DNA of 32,000 nucleotides from Desulfobulbus propionicus DSM 2032 (GTDB lineage: Bacteria; Desulfobacterota; Desulfobulbia; Desulfobulbales; Desulfobulbaceae), in NCBI RefSeq assembly GCF_000186885.1, contig NC_014972.1, positions 2,580,001 to 2,612,000 of the forward strand. The letters run 5' to 3'. The translations under genes and the position numbers were made by a program. Numbering within the stretch: the first letter of the stretch is position 1; the number at the start of each line of letters is the position of its first letter. Under the pieces are notes generated by a model. The model had not been told where the DNA came from. It made no database searches and was given only the letters and a program-made list of their open reading frames with translations. Positions 25,909 to 32,000 of the stretch are shown in pieces.

Positions 25909-27138
25909 TTATTGCGCATCCTGGCGATATTGTGCCGCCACCAGCGGCAGGAGCAGCAGGCCGGGCACGGCGGCCAGGGTGCAACCGAGAAAAAACAGCG
26001 GCCAGCCCACGGATTCGGCCATCCAACCGGCCGGCGCGGCGATGATCACCCGCGGAATGCCCATGCAACTGGAAAGAAGGGCATACTGGGTGGCGGTAAA
26101 TCGTTTGTTGGTCAAGGACGCCATGTAGGCCACATAGGCGCTGGTACCCATGCCGCTGGTCAACTGTTCAAGAACAATGGCGATTGCCAGGCCGACAACC
26201 GTGTTGCCCATCAGGGCCAGCGCGGAAAAACTGAGGATGGCCACCGCCTGGAGGATGCCGAACACCCACAGGCTGCGGATAATCCCGGCGCGGAGCAGAA
26301 TCGCCCCGCCAACCAGGCCGCCGGCGATCGCCGACCAGAAGCCGAACAGCTTGGCCACCGCGCCGATCTGGGTCTTGCTGAACCCCAGGGCGAGATAAAA
26401 AGGGGTGGTCATGGTCGAGGCCATCTGGTCGCCGATTTTGTACAGAAGGATGAACAAGAGCAGTACCAGGGCATGATCACGGCGGAAATACTCGACAAAG
26501 GGTTCCACGATCGCCTCGCGGAAGGTGCCGGGCATGCCCTTGGTCATTGGCGGTTCCCGGCAGAGCAGCGTGGTGCCCACCCCCACCAGCAACGAGGCCG
26601 CCATCAGCGCGTAGACCTGGGAAAAGGCAAGATAATCCGCCAGAATCAAACCGCCGCTGCCGGCGAGCAGCATGCCCAGACGATAGCCGTTGACGTAGAG
26701 CGAACTGCCCAGGCCCAGCTGATGGTCGCTGAGATCTTCCCGCCGGTAGGCATCGATGACGATGTCCTGCGAGGCGGAAAAAAACGTGACAACAAAGGCC
26801 GCCAGGGCCACCAGCCAAGGAGTCTGCCCCGGATCGGTCAACCCCAAGGCCACCAGGGCGACAATCAGGGTCAGCTGCGTCACCAGCATCCAGCCGCGAC
26901 GGCGGCCGAAAAAGGGCAAGGTATAGCGGTCGAACACCGGCGCCCAGAGAAACTTGAGGGTATAGGGCAGCCCCACCAGCGAATAGAGGCCGATCACCGA
27001 CAGATCGACTCCCTGCTCGGTCATCCAGGCCTGAAGCACGGAAGAGGTGAGGAGCAACGGCACGCCGCAGGCAAATCCCATGAGAAAGGCGACCAGCATG
27101 CGCGGCGAGAAGATTTCACGAGACAAGTGGACATTCAT
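25909..27138 (-). CDS. AmpG-like MFS permease (muropeptide transporter family)
   Basis: ~409 aa from MNVHLSREIFSPRMLVAFLMGFACGVPLLLTSSVLQAWMTEQGVDLSVIGLYSLVGLPYTLKFLWAPVFDRYTLPFFGRRRGWM...SASQDIVIDAYRREDL; characteristic of AmpG-type transporters. The ORF is open to 27234. Confidence 0.9.
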   Translation of the reverse strand: MNVHLSREIFSPRMLVAFLMGFACGVPLLLTSSVLQAWMTEQGVDLSVIGLYSLVGLPYTLKFLWAPVFDRYTLPFFGRRRGWMLVTQLTLIVALVALGLTDPGQTPWLVALAAFVVTFFSASQDIVIDAYRREDLSDHQLGLGSSLYVNGYRLGMLLAGSGGLILADYLAFSQVYALMAASLLVGVGTTLLCREPPMTKGMPGTFREAIVEPFVEYFRRDHALVLLLFILLYKIGDQMASTMTTPFYLALGFSKTQIGAVAKLFGFWSAIAGGLVGGAILLRAGIIRSLWVFGILQAVAILSFSALALMGNTVVGLAIAIVLEQLTSGMGTSAYVAYMASLTNKRFTATQYALLSSCMGIPRVIIAAPAGWMAESVGWPLFFLGCTLAAVPGLLLLPLVAAQYRQDAQ

Positions 27139-27261
27139 GTTCAATCCTGGAAAGGGGATGCGGAAAAAGGCCTCTTCTTCTACCACAATCATCCTGTTTG
27201 CACAGAACAAATCGTCCTGGCCTCCGGCGACCACGACACGGGCAGAGAGGGACTGGAAATG

Positions 27262-28392
27262 TTATCGGGGCGCAAACGGCTGATACAGCGGATCGCCGAT
27301 CAACACCATCTGCCAGGAAAGAAACGGCAGACTGACCAAATAGCTTTCGGCCACGCCGAGATAGCCATCGGCCAGGGTGGAAAAAAACAGCTCCGGCGGG
27401 GGAAAGGCCTGGACATAGGGTTCGTAGACCGGACCGATGGTCACGGCTGCCCCGTCCTCGAGCATCCGTTTGCACCAGACCTGCGCATCCTTCTGTTTGA
27501 GGGTGGAGCATTCGCTGCTGGCAATATGATAGCCGATGGCGCCCCGAACCCAGGTAAAGGCATCCACATAGCGCCCCAGACTGTACCAGCCGCTGTACAG
27601 GGCGGTTTGCGGGCAATCGCCGGGTTGCAAGAGGGCATCGCCGTCGTCAAGCCGCACCGTGGACATGCGCTTGCTGGCACGGATGCGTTCGGCGGCGGCG
27701 TGGATCGAGGCATCGTACAGGGCGTAGCCGCTGAGAGTGCTCGCCGCAGGCTTGGGCCAGCGGGCGTCAAAACAGGCCTGGCCCCGTAGCCCCTCCTTTT
27801 CCGCGAAGAGAGCGTCATCGATCAATCGCCGGACGGTTTGCGTGTCCGGTCCGTCCAAACGGCTGACCATCAGCACCAGATCCCGCTTCAACGGGCCCTG
27901 TTGCTGACGGAATCCCATAAAATAGGGATTGGGCAGCCATCCCTCGAGCGGATAGTCGCCGGCCAGCACCAACGCCAGTTCGGAATCGACCGCCGCCCGG
28001 GAATCCATCCGAACCTTCTGAGCTGTCTCCGTTTCCTCGGACTCCAGCGGCCGAATCGCCAGCGGCACGCCGTACATCGTCACCAGGCAACGAATCCGCC
28101 GATCCTTGCCCAAACGGATCAGCCCCTGGCGCACCGGCTCACGAATCGCTTGGTTGTATTCCTGCCGCGAGCACTGCTCGTTCTGGGTGGTGCCGACGCG
28201 CACCAGATGATCCAGGGGAATCTGCCGCCGCCGCATGTAGTACTCGGCCAGTTCCAGGCTGCCCCTAGCCCTGGCGTTGGCGACCACCACGATTTCGTTC
28301 GGCGCGAGGGCGTGAACGGCCATGGGCATGAAGACCACCCACGCCAAGAGAAGAAAAATTTTTACCGGTTTTTGACTGGCGCCCTGTTCCAT
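27262..28392 (-). CDS. TIGR03790-type exported protein of unknown function
   Basis: From Met 28392: signal-like MEQGASQKPVKIFLLLAWVVFMPMAVHA, then LAPNEIVVVANARARGSLELAEYYMRRRQIPLDHLVRV...SRQEYNQAIREPVRQGL...IRCLVTMYGVPLAIR. This resembles my recollection of the TIGR03790 family pattern. The ORF is open to 28467. Confidence 0.75.
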   Translation of the reverse strand: MEQGASQKPVKIFLLLAWVVFMPMAVHALAPNEIVVVANARARGSLELAEYYMRRRQIPLDHLVRVGTTQNEQCSRQEYNQAIREPVRQGLIRLGKDRRIRCLVTMYGVPLAIRPLESEETETAQKVRMDSRAAVDSELALVLAGDYPLEGWLPNPYFMGFRQQQGPLKRDLVLMVSRLDGPDTQTVRRLIDDALFAEKEGLRGQACFDARWPKPAASTLSGYALYDASIHAAAERIRASKRMSTVRLDDGDALLQPGDCPQTALYSGWYSLGRYVDAFTWVRGAIGYHIASSECSTLKQKDAQVWCKRMLEDGAAVTIGPVYEPYVQAFPPPELFFSTLADGYLGVAESYLVSLPFLSWQMVLIGDPLYQPFAPR

Positions 28393-28456
28393 GACAACGT
28401 ATGGTGTGTCTCGTCTTACTGGCAAAAAAGAGGTTCCACGATAGAGGAAAGCAACA

Positions 28457-29563
28457 GTGATTGACAAGGAGAATACGGCAGAAATCGCCGACTTTCAACA
28501 ACGGCTGCTCCACTGGTTCGAGGCCCATCAGCGTCCCCTGCCCTGGCGGGCGACCTATGATCCCTACCATGTGTGGATCTCGGAAATCATGGGCCAGCAA
28601 ACCCAGATGGAACGGGTCGCCCTCTATTTCACGCGCTGGATTGACCAATTCCCCGACATCGCCGCTGTGGCCGAGGCCGAGGAGCAGGCCATCCTCAAGG
28701 CTTGGGAAGGATTGGGCTACTACAGCCGGGCGCGCAACATCCAACGCACGGCCAGACTATTGCTCGCAGACGGCAAACCGGAGATTCCGCAGGACACTCA
28801 GCAACTGCTCAAGCTGCCCGGCATCGGCCCCTACACCGCTGCCGCCATCCTGTCCATCGCCTTCAACCTGCCGCATCCGCTCCGCGACGCCAATGTCGAA
28901 CGGCTGTTTGCCCGCCTGGCCGATATCGATCGCCCGCTCAAGCAGCGCCCGACGCAGCACCGGCTGGCCGTGCTGGCCGAGCGGCTTCTCGACCGGGAAA
29001 ATCCCCGTAACTATAACCAGGCCCTGATGGAACTGGGAGCGCTGGTCTGCACCCCGAAGAAGCCGGCCTGCACCGCCTGCCCGGTCCAGATCCACTGCCG
29101 CGCCCATCGGGCCGACACCGTGGAATTTCGGCCGCTGCCCACGGACAAACAGCGGAAGATCGACATCACCATGGCCTGTGGCATTCTTCGCCACGGCTCG
29201 CGTTACTTCATCCAGCAGCGCTTGCCCGATGATATCTGGGGCGGCCTGTGGGAGTTTCCCGGCGGACGGCTGGAAGAAGGAGAAACGCCCGAACGGGCGG
29301 CCCTGCGCGAAATCGAGGAAGAAACCGGTTGGCAAATGGACGCACTCACCCCTTTTTCCACCGTGGTGCATCACTACACCCGCTACCGGGTCACGCTGCA
29401 CGGCTTTGCCGGGATTCTTCCCCCGTCCGCGGCAGCCCCTCGATTGACCGCCGCCAGCCAGTATGCCTGGGTTTCCCTGGCACAACTCTCGGACTACCCC
29501 TTTCCCGCCGGACACCGCCAGCTGGTCAGGGCCCTGCAGAATGGGAATTTTTCCGGACAATAG
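28457..29563 (+). CDS. mutY: A/G-specific adenine glycosylase MutY
   Basis: 368 aa, GTG start, SD AGAGGAAA. HRPLPWR-like PLPWRATYDPYHVWISEIMGQQTQ; GLGYYSRARNI; LPGIGPYTAAAILSIAF; Fe-S motif CTPKKPACTACPVQIHC; C-terminal NUDIX-type domain GLWEFPGGRLEEGETPERAALREIEEE. Confidence 0.97.
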   Translation: MIDKENTAEIADFQQRLLHWFEAHQRPLPWRATYDPYHVWISEIMGQQTQMERVALYFTRWIDQFPDIAAVAEAEEQAILKAWEGLGYYSRARNIQRTARLLLADGKPEIPQDTQQLLKLPGIGPYTAAAILSIAFNLPHPLRDANVERLFARLADIDRPLKQRPTQHRLAVLAERLLDRENPRNYNQALMELGALVCTPKKPACTACPVQIHCRAHRADTVEFRPLPTDKQRKIDITMACGILRHGSRYFIQQRLPDDIWGGLWEFPGGRLEEGETPERAALREIEEETGWQMDALTPFSTVVHHYTRYRVTLHGFAGILPPSAAAPRLTAASQYAWVSLAQLSDYPFPAGHRQLVRALQNGNFSGQ

Positions 29564-29725
29564 CCACCGCCTCCGAAAAAATATTTTCCACGAAATTTCA
29601 GCGAGTTTTCTTTCAAACAGCAAAAAAATACGTTTTCTCGGAAAAAAAATTGTGCTCTCCAGCCGAGAATGTTACCTTATTTCAACAATTGCCGTTCCCC
29701 AATCTTCAACCTGGCCTACCCCCAC

Positions 29726-29755
29726 GTGTCAAACAAGAATGTGACAGTGTCAAAC
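29726..29755. repeat. Pair of 9-bp direct repeats GTGTCAAAC spaced 21 bp, with an internal TGACA half-site
   Basis: GTGTCAAAC at 29726-29734 and 29747-29755. TGACA at 29742-29746 forms the palindrome TGACA-G-TGTCA (29742-29752). Confidence 0.55.
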
Positions 29756-31246
29756 ATGCAGGAAGAGGTGCATCGTCTCAGCACCAACTGGCGAACCCTG
29801 CTTGACGCCATGCCGGAGATGGTTTTTCTGCTCCGTGAGACGGGTGAAGTCGAATACATGAACCGCAGCGCCAAGGGCTGTTTCGGCTTTCCGTGCGGAG
29901 GGCGCGCGACAACCTGCCTGCGCGAGGTGAGCCAGCAGTGCGGAACGATCCTCAACGATGCCGACGATTGCGACGCGACCGAACAAGGACGGGTGACGGA
30001 AACCCTGATCGACACCACGCCGGTTGAGTATTCTTCCGTGCCTTTTGTCGGCTATACCGGTGAAAAATTGATCATGCTGGTGATGCGCGATATCACCCAG
30101 CGTAAAAATTTCGAACGGGAACTGTTGCAGTTCAACACCAGTATCGAAACCATTCTCCAGCAGAAAATCAGCGAGTTACAGGCCAGCGAGGAAACACGGA
30201 TACGGCTCTCCCGTCAGGTCAACAGCCTCAAGACCCAATTGGGCTTTCACCACAAGGCAGACCAGATGGTCGGTCGCAGCCGCAAAATGCGCGAACTGCG
30301 GGAAATGATCCATCAGGTCGCCGGATCGGACGCCACCATCCTCATCACCGGCGAATCGGGAACCGGCAAGGAACTGGTGGCCAACTTGCTCAAGGCCACC
30401 AGCCAGCGGGAAGACAAGCCCTTCCTCAAGATCAACTGTAACGCCATCAACGATTCACTGCTGGAGGCCGATCTGTTCGGGTACGAGAAGGGAGCCTTCA
30501 CCGGGGCCACCGCCCGCAAGGTCGGCAAATTCGAAGTGGTCGACGGCGGCACCATTTTTCTTGACGAGATCGGCGACATCAGCCCCCGGATGCAGGTTTC
30601 CCTGTTGCGAGTGCTGCAGAACGGCGAGATCATCCGGGTCGGCGGCAACGAACCGATCAAGGTCGATGTCCGGGTAATCGCGGCCACCAACGTCGATTTG
30701 GCCCAGGCGGTCAAGGACAAGAAATTTCGGCTCGATCTCTATTACCGCCTCAACATCATCAATATCGACATCCCGCCACTGCGGGAGCGGAAGGAAGACA
30801 TCGTCGAGCTCGTTTCCTTCTTCGTCAACCACTACCGCGAGGCCTTCAAGAAGGAGATCGATTTCGTGCCCAAATCGATCATCAACCGCCTGCTGGCCCA
30901 CGACTGGCCGGGCAATGTCCGCGAACTGGAGAATTTGATCCAACGGGCGGTGCTCATGGCCAAAGGGAAGATGATCACCGAGGCGGACCTGATTTTCGAC
31001 CAGGATCCGCGCATCGAGCAGCAGCGGGTCGACACCTTCAACATCGACGACAAGCTCGGCGCCTTGCCGTTGAAAGCCATCGTGGCCGATTTCGAGGCGG
31101 CCATCATCCATCGCGCCCTAGACAAATACAACGGCAACGTGTCCACCGCCGCCACCCAGCTCAAACTCGGCAAGACCGCCCTGTACGACAAGATGAAACA
31201 GCACGGCATCTCGGCCAAGCACATCAAGCAAAGCAAAAGAAACTGA
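29756..31246 (+). CDS. PAS-domain sigma54-dependent transcriptional activator
   Basis: 496 aa from MQEEVHR (open from 29669). PAS region TLLDAMPEMVFLLRETGEVEYMNRSAKG; Walker A GESGTGKE; GAFTGAT; GGTIFLDEIGDI; WPGNVRELENLIQRAV; Fis-like C-terminus YNGNVSTAATQLKLGKTALYDKMKQHGI. No N-terminal receiver. Confidence 0.94.
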   Translation: MQEEVHRLSTNWRTLLDAMPEMVFLLRETGEVEYMNRSAKGCFGFPCGGRATTCLREVSQQCGTILNDADDCDATEQGRVTETLIDTTPVEYSSVPFVGYTGEKLIMLVMRDITQRKNFERELLQFNTSIETILQQKISELQASEETRIRLSRQVNSLKTQLGFHHKADQMVGRSRKMRELREMIHQVAGSDATILITGESGTGKELVANLLKATSQREDKPFLKINCNAINDSLLEADLFGYEKGAFTGATARKVGKFEVVDGGTIFLDEIGDISPRMQVSLLRVLQNGEIIRVGGNEPIKVDVRVIAATNVDLAQAVKDKKFRLDLYYRLNIINIDIPPLRERKEDIVELVSFFVNHYREAFKKEIDFVPKSIINRLLAHDWPGNVRELENLIQRAVLMAKGKMITEADLIFDQDPRIEQQRVDTFNIDDKLGALPLKAIVADFEAAIIHRALDKYNGNVSTAATQLKLGKTALYDKMKQHGISAKHIKQSKRN

Positions 31247-31363
31247 GCAAACAAAGACGAATTTTCTTCCGTTTCCCCTGCTGACCGCCCTGCTCTTCCT
31301 CCCAGGGTTTCCCCTCTTTTCTTTCTTGCCAGCCGCACTTATTTTTAACGCAAGAGCGATTGA

Positions 31364-31390
31364 GCCGCCACAAAGTGGTGGCGCTGTTTT
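31364..31390 (+). terminator. Putative rho-independent terminator downstream of the PAS/sigma54 activator
   Basis: GCCGCCAC-AAA-GTGGTGGC (8-bp stem with one G.U) followed by GCTGTTTT. Confidence 0.45.
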
Positions 31391-31435
31391 CAACCCTCTT
31401 TTCAGCGCATGTCCCTCTCCCAAGCGAGGTGTCCC

Positions 31436-31861
31436 ATGACCGCATCCATCTTTACCTTTCTTGAGCAAATCGGCTTCACTCACCCGTTGCATCCCGGCCT
31501 GACCCATCTTCCCATGGGCATGGTCATGGGCTGTTTTTTCTTCAGCCTCGTGGCCTGGTTGGGCAAAAAGCCGGAGTTCAACCGCACCGCCCTGCACTGT
31601 GCGGCGCTCGGCCTGGTGTTCGTCGTGCCCACGGTGATTGCCGGCCTGCTCGACTGGCTGCACCGCTACGGGGGACAGATGCAGCCGCTGATCATCACCA
31701 AGATGGTCCTGGCGGCCCTGCTGCCGCTGCTGCTCGCCTGGGCCATCCGGCTCCACCACACCGCCGCCAAGGAAAACATGCTTGTCCTGGCCTATAGCCT
31801 CTGCCTGGCATGCGCCATCGGCCTTGGCTTTGCCGGCGGGGAACTGGTGTACGGCGGCTGA
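31436..31861 (+). CDS. DUF2231-like small membrane protein (4 TM segments)
   Basis: 141 aa from MTASIFTFLEQIGFTHPLHPGLTHLPMGMVMGCFFFSLVAWLG...; His-containing HPLHPGLTHLPMG motif and repeated hydrophobic segments. SD GAGGTGTCCC-ATG. Confidence 0.75.
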   Translation: MTASIFTFLEQIGFTHPLHPGLTHLPMGMVMGCFFFSLVAWLGKKPEFNRTALHCAALGLVFVVPTVIAGLLDWLHRYGGQMQPLIITKMVLAALLPLLLAWAIRLHHTAAKENMLVLAYSLCLACAIGLGFAGGELVYGG

Positions 31862-32000
31862 CCCCCCTGCTCCCCTGCTTGCCCCTGCAGCGGCACCACA
31901 AGGGGAACCTTTTTCCGAGTAGTGCCCGACCAGACCCGAGAAGCAACGATCAGAACAGAAGAAATTCCTTGAACTGGCCGCGCAGGCAATGATGTGATGC

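Noticed and set aside
25912-27789. 625-aa plus-strand ORF
   Set aside because: Spans antisense of two supported minus-strand genes (AmpG-like permease and TIGR03790-type protein) and is very rich in Gln/His/Gly/Arg.
1-32000. CRISPR arrays, retron-like or other regularly spaced repeat systems
   Set aside because: No set of three or more regularly spaced near-identical repeats was seen by eye, and no cas, reverse transcriptase or defence-type genes are encoded. A formal repeat search would be needed for certainty.

Overview
This window reads as an ordinary, gene-dense, high-GC chromosomal segment. The gene content looks Desulfobulbaceae/Desulfobacterota-like, but that taxonomic impression is an inference only. 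From left to right it carries: a CBS-domain protein (partial), a histone-deacetylase family hydrolase, a coiled-coil DUF2325-type protein, a small protein with a Cys-rich tail, a Lon-like AAA+ protease, a Mut7-C RNase-domain protein, a universal stress protein, a Cys-rich exported protein, and a very large multi-PAS hybrid histidine kinase. These are followed by a chemotaxis block (MCP, CheW, CheA with a C-terminal receiver) and a sigma54-dependent response regulator whose 5' end is abutted by a complete IS4-type insertion sequence (~1.55 kb, 16-bp imperfect terminal inverted repeats). Then come tRNA-Gln(CUG) with its own promoter and terminator, AmmeMemoRadiSam B, cysS, an AmpG-like MFS permease, a TIGR03790-type protein, mutY, a PAS/sigma54 activator, and a DUF2231-like membrane protein. 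I found no CRISPR array, phage, toxin-antitoxin pair or defence island, and no convincing new multigene system. The items most worth a second look are the IS/response-regulator junction, the Cys-module DUF2325 protein and its small Cys-tailed neighbour, the 8-PAS kinase, the Cys-rich exported protein, and several strong inverted repeats in intergenic regions.
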